NCBI GenBank assembly: GCA_963976765.1
Contig: CAXBME010000007.1
Span: 1-64,000 of the forward strand
DNA from: an uncultured Planctomycetaceae bacterium
GTDB lineage: Bacteria; Planctomycetota; Planctomycetia; Planctomycetales; Planctomycetaceae
Reading direction: 5' to 3'
Length of the DNA: 64,000 nt
Of the stretch, positions 33,096 through 42,088 are shown in pieces. The position numbers and the translations under genes are program-made. The notes under the pieces were generated by a model. It was not told the origin of the DNA and searched no databases. It saw only the letters and a program-made list of their open reading frames with translations. Position 1 is the stretch's first letter. Each line of letters opens with the position of its first letter.

Positions 33096-34676
33096 ATGAA
33101 GCTGCTCGACGGACAAACCGTAGGTATCGACCTGGGAACGACATTCTCAACCATCGCTCAGCTGGGCGATGACGGAATGGCGCACTGCCTGAAGAATGCT
33201 GACGAGCGAGTCATCACGCCGTCGGTCGTGCTGCTGTCGGATGACGGAAGAGTTGTCGTTGGCCCGTCGAACGAACGAATCGCTATCGAGGATCCGAAAA
33301 ACGTTGTCGAGGCGATCAAACGTGAAATGGGCAACCCCGACTTTCACGTCGTGTATCAGAACAAAAAACTGACTCCTGAATTCATCTCAGCGCTGATTAT
33401 CAAGAAGCTGAAACAGGACGCAGAAAAACACGTTGGCGAAATCGCGAACGCTGTCGTCACCGTGCCGTACTATTTCAACGACGTTCGTCGCAAAGCGACG
33501 CAGGACGCCGGACGCATCGCCGGCCTGAACATCATTGACATTATCAACGAGCCAACTGCCGCGACACTGGCTTACGCCTGGGAACGTGGCGAACTCGGAA
33601 ATACCGAACTCGCTCAAACCGAGAAAACGATTCTCGTTTACGATCTCGGCGGCGGAACTTTCGACGTCACCGTCGTTCGTTACACACCGACGAATTTCAA
33701 AGTTCTGGCCACTGACGGGGACGTGATGCTGGGGGGGCTGGACTGGAGCCGCCGCATTCTTGATCACGTTTCCGAACAGTTCGCCAAGAAGCATGGCGAA
33801 GACCCGCGTGAAGATCCGGAAACCGTGCAGATTCTTTCGCAGGAATGCGAAAAGGCGAAACGTGAATTGAGTACGCGGGCTCAGGCTGCCGTCCCCGTTT
33901 ACTACAAAGGCAAGTCGCTGACGCTGTCGCTGACTCGCGGCGATTTCGAGCGAATGACTGCCGACCTGATGCAGCGAACTCGCGACACAACCGAGCTGGT
34001 GTTGCAGCAATCTGGAGTCGAGCCTGAAGGTCTTGATGAAGTCGTCCTCGTCGGCGGCTCGACAAACATGCCGGTTGTTGAACAGATGCTTGTTGAAGTC
34101 TGCAAGCGAAAGCCGAGTCGAGAAGTTGCTCCGGAAGAAGCCGTTGCCAAGGGGGCGGCCATTCACGCAGCCATTCTGGAAGCTCGAGCGACCGGCGGCG
34201 AATCCCGCATGGGTAAGTCGATTATCAATCGGCTGCGGTCGGTCACAACGTCAGACGTCAATTCACACTCTCTCGGCGTGAAAGTGACTGATCCAAACGA
34301 GCGAACTCGAAAGATCAACCACATCATGATCCCGAAAAATACGACGATTCCCTTTGAGAAAACTCAGCGTTTCGTCACCAATTCGGATAATCAGCAACGA
34401 ATTCACGTTTCCGTTCTCGAAGGTGATTCTCCTGACCCCATGGCCTGCGAGCAAATTGGCGACTTCCGAATTTACGACCTGCCCGCCGGGCTTCCGAAGG
34501 GGTCACCGGTCGAAGTGACGTACCGATATGACTCGGCTGGTCGAATTCATGTCTCGGCAAAGGAACTTGTTGGAAACACGGAAGCAGCGACCGAGATCGT
34601 TCGAGAGAACCTCGGTGGAACCGAAGAGAACATCGACGTCATGACTGGTCTCGCTCAGCAGTACGAAGTCGAGTAG
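33096..34676 (+). CDS. Hsp70-family protein (short, non-canonical DnaK paralog)
   Basis: GIDLGTTFS, INEPTAA, DLGGGTFD and LVGGST motifs; ends shortly after the beta substrate-binding domain. Confidence 0.9.
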   Translation: MKLLDGQTVGIDLGTTFSTIAQLGDDGMAHCLKNADERVITPSVVLLSDDGRVVVGPSNERIAIEDPKNVVEAIKREMGNPDFHVVYQNKKLTPEFISALIIKKLKQDAEKHVGEIANAVVTVPYYFNDVRRKATQDAGRIAGLNIIDIINEPTAATLAYAWERGELGNTELAQTEKTILVYDLGGGTFDVTVVRYTPTNFKVLATDGDVMLGGLDWSRRILDHVSEQFAKKHGEDPREDPETVQILSQECEKAKRELSTRAQAAVPVYYKGKSLTLSLTRGDFERMTADLMQRTRDTTELVLQQSGVEPEGLDEVVLVGGSTNMPVVEQMLVEVCKRKPSREVAPEEAVAKGAAIHAAILEARATGGESRMGKSIINRLRSVTTSDVNSHSLGVKVTDPNERTRKINHIMIPKNTTIPFEKTQRFVTNSDNQQRIHVSVLEGDSPDPMACEQIGDFRIYDLPAGLPKGSPVEVTYRYDSAGRIHVSAKELVGNTEAATEIVRENLGGTEENIDVMTGLAQQYEVE

Positions 34677-34802
34677 ACCTGGATTTCGCCTGTCACTTAG
34701 CAGCGGAAGCATGAATGGCATGTTTCCGCTGTCTGAGTTTGGCAGCACTGTGATTTGCTTAAGCACTTGCTCAAGAACCGCCAGCTCTCAGGAGTGATCA
34801 AC

Positions 34803-35870
34803 GTGGAACTCGATGTCTATAAAGACTGGTTGGGGATTCCTGATGGCCCTCGCCCTCCCGATCACTACGAACTGCTGCGGCTGGTCAGGTTCGAGGATAC
34901 GACTGACAAAGTCCGAAACAATTACAAAAAACTCAACGCACACGTTCGCAAGTACGCAACAGGTCAGTATTCGGTTATCTCGCAGACCCTGTTGAACGAA
35001 CTCGCGAAGGCGATGCTTTGCCTGACCGACCCGGAACGAAAGCGTGAGTACGACGAAAGCCTCGGTCGTGTCTTCGAAGAAGACGAATCAGCCGTTGTGC
35101 CGATGGAACGCGTTCTGGTCAAGCAAGGTCACATCGACCGCGACCAGATGAAAGAAGCGCAGGATTACTCAGAGTCGCACGGGTTGACGATGCGTGACAC
35201 TGTCGTCCAGATGAAGCTCGTCGACGATCAGGTCGCCACGCAGGCCTACGCGACGGAACTCAGCGTGCCCTATGTCGATCTTGAAGACATGGCTCCGGAG
35301 TTCCGGATTCTGAAGCGGCTGCCTCAGCAGGTTGCCAAACGGAATACGATCCTGCCTCTATTCATCGACGACGATGTGCTTCTGGTGGCATGTGCTGATG
35401 ACATCACACACGAACTCGAAGACGAATTACGACTCAGGTACAACCTCCCCGTCCGCCGGGCACTGGCCACACCGCGAGGAATCACGGAGGGAATCAGTCG
35501 CTACTACGCCGAAATGGACGAGATGATCGCTGCGGAAGACGCCGCCGTTGTCGTTGCCGAACGCTCGCCTGGGGCCAGGACCGGGGGGGCAAAGGAGAAG
35601 AGCCAGGCGAAGCCTGCAAAGAAAACGACAAAGCAGGGATCGACTCCCGCGTTCTCTCAACTGTCGAAGGACGAGCAGCTCGAACGCAAGAATCTTGGCA
35701 AGATATTCATGCTGTGGTCAGTGATTGGTTCGGTCCTGATCGATCAGTTCGTCGTGAAACCGCATATTCTGGGAGTTACGCAAGGACTCTTTGCGAATCT
35801 TCCCTCGATCACAACGCTGATTGTGCCTCCGATCGTGATTTACTACGTCCTCAAAGTCTACTGGAAGTAG
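34803..35870 (+). CDS. J-domain-like + GspE N-terminal (T2SSE_N) domain membrane protein
   Basis: DHYELL...LTDPERKREYD J-like helices without HPD; LSVPYVDL...LPQQVAKRNTILPL GspE_N-like segment; two C-terminal TM helices. Confidence 0.65.
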   Translation: MELDVYKDWLGIPDGPRPPDHYELLRLVRFEDTTDKVRNNYKKLNAHVRKYATGQYSVISQTLLNELAKAMLCLTDPERKREYDESLGRVFEEDESAVVPMERVLVKQGHIDRDQMKEAQDYSESHGLTMRDTVVQMKLVDDQVATQAYATELSVPYVDLEDMAPEFRILKRLPQQVAKRNTILPLFIDDDVLLVACADDITHELEDELRLRYNLPVRRALATPRGITEGISRYYAEMDEMIAAEDAAVVVAERSPGARTGGAKEKSQAKPAKKTTKQGSTPAFSQLSKDEQLERKNLGKIFMLWSVIGSVLIDQFVVKPHILGVTQGLFANLPSITTLIVPPIVIYYVLKVYWK

Positions 35871-35905
35871 TCGACGGTCAAGCATACCTGCCATATACAG
35901 CCACG

Positions 35906-37762
35906 ATGGAATACCGCATGAATGTCGGACCACAAAACGATACGGCGAACTTCGCCGAAAGTGGTCTGACATCTCGCCGCGATGTTGAATTTGATCTCGA
36001 AACGCTGTTGCAGCGTTCGGTTGCCGCCGAGTTTTACGCGTTGACTTCGCAAGGTCAGCAGCCGGTCGACGTTTTCAGTTTTGTTCATGGTAAAGCCAGA
36101 ACTGGATTGGCGCCGCAGGATTGCACCGACGCGCTGCTGCTTGATCAGCATTTGAGACATGGCACAGAAGCCGCCATTCCCGTCGAAATATACTGCGCTT
36201 TTTTGAAGAATCGAATTGGCAGATTCTCTGCCGAATTCGAATGGCAGGTCGTCGCCAGAGAATTTCTGCTGACCCTGAAAGCCAACGAAGCGGCGTCCAC
36301 TGTCATCCTCAGGAATCTGTGCGAGCGATTCCCGGACTACCAGAGTCGGCTGGTTGAACTGTCGACATCGAATCGACTTTCTGAAACGGTCATCGTTGAC
36401 CCAACCTGCTCGTTCGGAGGCGGACACGAACCAACCGTCGAACTGGTTCCCACGCAGCCAGTTGTCGCCGCCGGAGTGCCGATCGACTCGGATGCGACCC
36501 AATTGGACTTCGACGATCCAGACCAGAGTTCGCTGGCCTACCAGCCCGATTCCTTCGTTCACGATCAGTCATCATTGCTGGGTGGTACGGAGCCGTTTTC
36601 TCAGTTGCCACCCGTGATTCTGGAGAAGATCGAAGCGCGGCTGGAAGAACGGAGATTTCAGAAAGACGAACATCTCATTAATGAAGGCGATCCGGGTGAC
36701 GGTCTATACTTCCTGACCGACGGTCGAGTTACGATCCTCAGCAGCGGTCAGCTTAACGAGGATAAAGAAATCGCGAGGTGCGGCGCCGGGGCGATTCTCG
36801 GCGAGATGGCGTTACTTACGGATCAGCCTCGAACGGCAACCGTGGTAGCCGCCACGAATGTCACGGCAAAGTTTCTTCCGTCACCAGTGTTTCAGGAGCT
36901 TGCTAACAACTATCCGATTATCGGGCAGGTTTTGACCCAGTTGCTCGCACAGCGACTCGGGCAGCAGGAGCACGATGCACTCAGTGGGAAAAGTTTCGGT
37001 CGTTATCGCATCGTTCAGCGGTTGGGTCGAGGCGGCATGGCCATTGTCTACCAGGCACTTGACGAACAGACCGGTGAGATGGTCGCTCTGAAAATGATGA
37101 GCCATCGGCTCGTTTATGATGCCAACGCACTGAAGTTATTTCAGAGCGAAGCCCGCATGATCGAAGCGTTCGAGCATCCGCACATCGTTCGCATGTTGGG
37201 GCGTTTCAAAGCGTTTCGCTCATTCTTCATCGCCATGGAATTCTGCGACGGAGTTTCGCTGGACCAGATTGTTCGACAGAACGGTCCCTTGCCCGAAGAT
37301 CAGTTTCGCAAAGTCATTGCGCAGCTTGCTGACGCACTTTCGTACGCGCATTCGCAAGGCATCGTCCATCGTGACATTAAGCCGTCCAATGTCATTCTGA
37401 CATCCAGTGGCCATGTCAAGCTGATGGATTTTGGCCTCGCCAAGCCCGTCGATAATGGAGACGGAACAGCGTCCCGGCTCATTTCCGGTACGCCCCGTTT
37501 CATGGCTCCAGAGCAGCTTCAAGGCGCGCCTGTCGAAACGCCTGCCGATTTGTTTTCGCTTGGTTGTACAGCCTGGAAGATTCTGACCGGCAACGATTTG
37601 ATCAACGACACGCGTCTTTCCGACATTGAGAAACGACACAGAAACTGGCGACTCCCTGACTTGAGCGATTTTAGGCCCGAAGTTGCTGCGTTTCTGGCAT
37701 CCTGCCTGCAGGTCGATCCGGGAGAACGTTCAGTCAACCTCGCTGAGATCGCCCGCTGGTAG
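35906..37762 (+). CDS. cNMP-binding domain + Hanks-type Ser/Thr kinase
   Basis: LGEMALLTDQPRTATV; GRGGMAIVY, VALK, HRDIKPSN, DFG and GTPRFMAPE motifs. Confidence 0.9.
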   Translation: MEYRMNVGPQNDTANFAESGLTSRRDVEFDLETLLQRSVAAEFYALTSQGQQPVDVFSFVHGKARTGLAPQDCTDALLLDQHLRHGTEAAIPVEIYCAFLKNRIGRFSAEFEWQVVAREFLLTLKANEAASTVILRNLCERFPDYQSRLVELSTSNRLSETVIVDPTCSFGGGHEPTVELVPTQPVVAAGVPIDSDATQLDFDDPDQSSLAYQPDSFVHDQSSLLGGTEPFSQLPPVILEKIEARLEERRFQKDEHLINEGDPGDGLYFLTDGRVTILSSGQLNEDKEIARCGAGAILGEMALLTDQPRTATVVAATNVTAKFLPSPVFQELANNYPIIGQVLTQLLAQRLGQQEHDALSGKSFGRYRIVQRLGRGGMAIVYQALDEQTGEMVALKMMSHRLVYDANALKLFQSEARMIEAFEHPHIVRMLGRFKAFRSFFIAMEFCDGVSLDQIVRQNGPLPEDQFRKVIAQLADALSYAHSQGIVHRDIKPSNVILTSSGHVKLMDFGLAKPVDNGDGTASRLISGTPRFMAPEQLQGAPVETPADLFSLGCTAWKILTGNDLINDTRLSDIEKRHRNWRLPDLSDFRPEVAAFLASCLQVDPGERSVNLAEIARW

Positions 37763-37836
37763 ATCGATTGCCGCGCTCCCGTGCCTGGCACTGGCACAGA
37801 AGAATTCACGACGTTACAGCCAATGTGATGACGGAA

Positions 37837-39282
37837 CTAATCGTCGGCGTTGCGAGTTGCCATTTTCTGCAACACCTCGGGCGACGTCCTGTTTGAGAAG
37901 AATCGGACGTTGCCGTCTCCCAGGAGAAAGTGGGCTCCCGTCCCGGCAGCGTTTCCGAAGCTCGACAGTCGCTTGTTGAGCGGGCCTTCGATGGTTCGCC
38001 AGTTTTCAGGATCGCCCCAGGCTGGCAGTGCTCTGGCAATCTCGCCGGCAATTAACGTTTGAGACATTCCATCAGAGACCTCTTCGATTCGAACCGGCGA
38101 GTTCTTGTCGAAGATTCCTGTTGGCAACAGACCCTGTTCAGTTTGTATCAGACCGCCAACTCCGGAATAGTGCGCGGTTGCAAGTCCACGGCCTGTCGGC
38201 TCGTGAGGGGCGGAGGGAATGAGAAACGTCGGTATGGTCCGGCTCATTGCAGCTGAGTTGGCGTCGTCGTTCCATGGTTTTGAAAGGTCGATCGAAGTGT
38301 AGATTTCGGTGTAGCCCAGATAGGGCAGCAGGGAAGTCATCCAGCCGTGCATGCCGACTTCCAGTCCCTCGTCGTTAACAGCGAACGTACCACCTGCCGG
38401 GAAGCTGCCCTTCTCGATCACGTAGTCAGTCAGAGCCTTGTTGATGTTGCCAAGGTTTGACTCGATGACTTCTCTGGTTGAGCGATGACGCCACGATTCG
38501 CCGAGTTCATTCAGCCAGGCCGGCCCGGCAAAAATTCCGATCAGTCCAAGGAACATCCCGACGGGGGCGAGAATCTGCGGCATCGACTCGCGCAGTCGCC
38601 GATTGGAACCCAGCGTCTGATAGCCCAGCAGCAGAGCGTAAGCACCAACAAGTGTTGCGGGAATTCTGGCGACGAATGAGGGCAGCAGATTCAGACCAGC
38701 CAGGAGAATCGAAATGACACCAGCAGCCACGGCTCCGCTGCCTCGTGGAAGCCGTGGTGGTTTCGGCTCGTCATCGTCGAGTTTTTCATCGGGCTGCGAT
38801 TGATCGGACGCGTCAAAATCATGGAGCGGAGATTCGACTTCCCAGCCGTCTTCCTCGTCGTCATCCGCCAGCTCGAAATCATCGTCCTGATCAAAGAGCT
38901 GGCTGTCAGCGTCGACGAGGTCGCTGTCGTCCCCTTGACCTTCTTCGAATAATTCAGAATCGTCCAGTTCCTCGTGCGTTTCTGAGGTTGCTGCTTCAGC
39001 TGACGATGGAGCTTCTCTCATCATCGCCCACAAGCCACGAGGCCGTTCGGCGTGTTCGACCTGAAGATCGCTGATGGTCGTTTCTTCGGATGCAGCGTCG
39101 TCGTTCGATGACCGCCCCATCACTTCCCACAGGCTCCGAGCCGGCTCTGGTGAAGGGGCATCGCTCGCTGATTCACAGCCACATTCCGGGCATGTGAAGC
39201 CTTCCGTCGCAGAGACCGGAGCGTCCACTTCAAAAGTATGGCCGTTTCGGCAGGTGATGTGTCGAGCGTTCGAGCGGGGCAT
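37837..39282 (-). CDS. Zn-ribbon / acidic linker / TM / DUF1559-like protein
   Basis: CRNGH...CPECG; D/E-rich linker; 3 TM; NLGNI..AL..Y....GSFP, HGWMTSLLPYL, DGMSQTL..GE and GAHFLLGDGNVRF motifs. Confidence 0.75.
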   Translation of the reverse strand: MPRSNARHITCRNGHTFEVDAPVSATEGFTCPECGCESASDAPSPEPARSLWEVMGRSSNDDAASEETTISDLQVEHAERPRGLWAMMREAPSSAEAATSETHEELDDSELFEEGQGDDSDLVDADSQLFDQDDDFELADDDEEDGWEVESPLHDFDASDQSQPDEKLDDDEPKPPRLPRGSGAVAAGVISILLAGLNLLPSFVARIPATLVGAYALLLGYQTLGSNRRLRESMPQILAPVGMFLGLIGIFAGPAWLNELGESWRHRSTREVIESNLGNINKALTDYVIEKGSFPAGGTFAVNDEGLEVGMHGWMTSLLPYLGYTEIYTSIDLSKPWNDDANSAAMSRTIPTFLIPSAPHEPTGRGLATAHYSGVGGLIQTEQGLLPTGIFDKNSPVRIEEVSDGMSQTLIAGEIARALPAWGDPENWRTIEGPLNKRLSSFGNAAGTGAHFLLGDGNVRFFSNRTSPEVLQKMATRNADD

Positions 39283-39365
39283 CCGGAAAGAGCTTCAACC
39301 TCGTTGAGACAGGCGTCTGAGAAGACTGTTTCGTAACCTGCCGGGCAAGGTGAAAGCAAGTATTG

Positions 39366-40313
39366 TCACGCCGCGTTGTGCAGACGCGAGCTGACATCGC
39401 GAAGTCGGCTAACTTGCTGGATCAATCGTGGCAGGCCGTCAAGGCCCACAAGGAGAAGCATCAGGTAGCGGAAGACGGCAAAGATATCTCCGGCTTGGAC
39501 GGACGGAAGATGGCACGCTCGGAAGAGGACCGCGACGATTGCTCCCAGTATGAAACATTCCATCAGACCAAAGTTGACGGCCTCGGCGTTGGAGAGTCTG
39601 ATTCGCCAGCGGGCGACTTCGTCGAAGTGGTTTCGGACATCGATCTCGTTTTGAGAATGAATGACGTCGACTTCTTTCTCCAACTCGTCGTGCAGGCCTC
39701 GACTGAGCCGACGCGTCCATTTCGAATAGTGTTGGCTTAGCAGCGCCGCCGGGATCAGCAACCCCAGACAACACGACACGATCACCCAGTCGTACCAGGC
39801 CAGCATGATGACCGAGCCGGCGACGGAGAAAGCGACCTTCATCAGCATCGGGATGGAGCGTTCAAAGAACTCGACGAACTCACGAGAAAGGGATGCCCGG
39901 GCGGTGACGCGTGAAACGTCGACGCCGGACGCTCGTTGCGAAACAATCATCCGCGTGGCCAGATCCGAATAGATCGCTGAAAACGTTCGCGTGTCGTAAA
40001 CCTGCCGGACAAGCCCCACGACGAGATGCAGAACATGCTGACCGACCAGCACGCCGACTCCAAGCATCTGCCCGGCCAGGAGATCGTTAATCGCCCAACC
40101 CAGCGCGAATGGCTGTGCCAGTCGCAGGAGATTCTCGATCGTAAACAGTGCATACGTTGCAAGAATCCGGAGCCGATTCTCGGCGAACATCGACTTCAAC
40201 CTGAAAGTTGATGCGTCGCCGAGAGCTTGTCTTTGAAATACCGGCGGCGATTTCAGCGAAGCAGGAGCCGGACCGGCGTCAACTCGTGAGACGACTGGAA
40301 TGTCAATGGGCAC
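39366..40313 (-). CDS. ABC transporter six-TM membrane domain protein (no ATPase domain)
   Basis: Six hydrophobic segments; ENLL...QPFALGWAIN, RQVYDTRTF and SREFVEFFE motifs; AGGAGG RBS. Confidence 0.75.
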   Translation of the reverse strand: MPIDIPVVSRVDAGPAPASLKSPPVFQRQALGDASTFRLKSMFAENRLRILATYALFTIENLLRLAQPFALGWAINDLLAGQMLGVGVLVGQHVLHLVVGLVRQVYDTRTFSAIYSDLATRMIVSQRASGVDVSRVTARASLSREFVEFFERSIPMLMKVAFSVAGSVIMLAWYDWVIVSCCLGLLIPAALLSQHYSKWTRRLSRGLHDELEKEVDVIHSQNEIDVRNHFDEVARWRIRLSNAEAVNFGLMECFILGAIVAVLFRACHLPSVQAGDIFAVFRYLMLLLVGLDGLPRLIQQVSRLRDVSSRLHNAA

Positions 40314-40357
40314 GGCTCGTCCTCCTGAATTTCATTTCGTTCGCTTTGCATCAGCAT

Positions 40358-41128
40358 TCAGCTGAAAGCGATCAGCCCAACTTCGCTGCAGTCGGTCAGT
40401 GTTTCGAGCAAGGTTTCGTCGTTGAGCGACGTTGTCAGATCGAGTTGCTTCTTCAGGTTCACGAGGCGGCACGGGCCGAGATCGGCAAGTGTCTGTACCA
40501 GGGCTCGCCCTTCAGGCTCAAGGATCACTGTTCGTACTTCGGTCTGAAACGCGAAGAACAGAACTTCAACTCCGTCTGCGGGAGACTCGTTCTCGCCAAT
40601 CAGCAGGCCCGTTTCGAACACGGCTCGAGTTCTCATCGGGTTGAGGTGAATACTCAAACCGTCGTTGGAATCTAACTCAGATGCGAGCTGTTCGTTCAGG
40701 CTGACAAGTTCCTGAAACCGAACGTGGCCGAGACGGTTTCGTCGCCCAGCCTCTTCCACGGCAAATCGACTTCTGATGACCAGAACAATGTCCCGTTGTT
40801 CCGGGGTCAGCTCGATGACCGTCGGCAACCAGCGTACGAAACGGTCCGTGTCGCTGGTGCCGGTGTCGTAAGCGGCGAGGGGGATTTCCCGGATGTACCG
40901 ACTGATCAGACTCGGCAGTTCTTCCATGTTGTCTGCAAACATTTCGAGCTGGTCTTCCAGTTTGTCGCCGCGTTTGTCGAGATTTCCCGAAGTAAACATC
41001 TCGACGAGTTCATGTGACTGCCCAGCGGAGACGTCGCCGTGGACGACGTCATTCTTTGCGACGGCCAGCGATGTCGCGATGCGCGAAAGTTGTTCCGCGT
41101 AGTCTTTCAGTAGGGTGTCGTTGCTCAT
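40358..41128 (-). CDS. Putative MNIO partner protein (RRE/winged-helix-like C-terminus)
   Basis: ATGA overlap with the DUF692 stop; C-terminal beta-strands plus ILEPEGRALVQTL...LLETLTDCSEVGLI resemble a PqqD/wHTH pattern (inferred). Confidence 0.6.
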   Translation of the reverse strand: MSNDTLLKDYAEQLSRIATSLAVAKNDVVHGDVSAGQSHELVEMFTSGNLDKRGDKLEDQLEMFADNMEELPSLISRYIREIPLAAYDTGTSDTDRFVRWLPTVIELTPEQRDIVLVIRSRFAVEEAGRRNRLGHVRFQELVSLNEQLASELDSNDGLSIHLNPMRTRAVFETGLLIGENESPADGVEVLFFAFQTEVRTVILEPEGRALVQTLADLGPCRLVNLKKQLDLTTSLNDETLLETLTDCSEVGLIAFS

Positions 41129-41967
41129 GCTGGCACCTCGACCTGTTCCGCGATCTCGCGAACGCGGCGGATTTCTGATCGCCAGCCGGCTTCGTCAGGA
41201 AAGTCCTGGTCACGCTCGACGAAGACGGCGTCTACTTTTCCACGACCCTGCTCAAGTGAGAACCGATACAGATCCCAAACCGCATCAGGGATCGGTTCCG
41301 AGTGGCTGTCGATGTACATGTTCGATCGTTCGTCGAAGAAGCCTCCGGCCAGATGCATCTGCACGGCTTCCGCGTGAGGCATTACGGATTCGATGAATTC
41401 GTACGGATCGAAATTGAAGTTCGTCGCGTTGGCGTAAACGTTGGTGACGTCGAGTAACCAGCCGCAGCCCGTGCACTGAAGCATCTTTGAAACAAAGTCG
41501 GCTTCGGACATCGTGCCTTGAAACTCGAACATGTACGCAATGGTTTCGACGTAAAAGCGAGTGTCGCCGAGCCGCTTCTGAATGTGGTCAATGTTTCGGC
41601 AGGTCGCGGTGAGAGCGGCTTCGGTCCAGGGCGGCGGAGCAAAGTGTCCCATCTCGACGCCGTTGTCTCCGTCACGAGTGAAGCCGAGGTGGTCGCTGAC
41701 GGACGATGCTCCGTTTTCGATCGCGATCGCTCGGAGGGCTTCGAGGTAGTTTTGATTCGGTGGTTCCGGGCTGGCGATCGAAAGTTTCAATGCATGAACG
41801 CTGACGTGGTCGAGATCCAGATCCTGAAGGTAGCGGTCGACTCGCAGTGGATCGTCAGCACGCTCGAAGGTGATTTCGGCGGCGTTGATGGCCGGGTCGT
41901 CCATGATCGGTCGGTTCTGCTCTCGAATTGCGTATCCGATGGCTGGGGTTGTGGCAGAGTGGCTCAC
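41125..41967 (-). CDS. DUF692 family multinuclear non-heme iron oxidase (MNIO)
   Basis: VHALKLSI, SDHLGF, VET, LLDVTNVYAN, MHLAGG, IDSHSEPI and VERD metal-ligand motifs; AGGAG RBS before the GTG. Confidence 0.92.
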   Translation of the reverse strand: MSHSATTPAIGYAIREQNRPIMDDPAINAAEITFERADDPLRVDRYLQDLDLDHVSVHALKLSIASPEPPNQNYLEALRAIAIENGASSVSDHLGFTRDGDNGVEMGHFAPPPWTEAALTATCRNIDHIQKRLGDTRFYVETIAYMFEFQGTMSEADFVSKMLQCTGCGWLLDVTNVYANATNFNFDPYEFIESVMPHAEAVQMHLAGGFFDERSNMYIDSHSEPIPDAVWDLYRFSLEQGRGKVDAVFVERDQDFPDEAGWRSEIRRVREIAEQVEVPA

Positions 41968-42022
41968 GGCTGGCTCCTGTGAAATTTTTCCTGACGGATT
42001 CCTGGTTGAAGTTAGAAATCCA

Positions 42023-42077
42023 GAATCAACTGCCGGACTGACAACCGGGGTCAGGTATCAGCCCGGCAGTCGGATTC
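42023..42077 (-). promoter_or_regulatory. Stem-loop between the precursor and MNIO genes
   Basis: gaatc-aactgccgg-actga ... tcagc-ccggcagt-cg-gattc inverted repeat, 11 nt past the precursor stop. Confidence 0.55.
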
Positions 42078-42088
42078 GAGTCGCCGAA

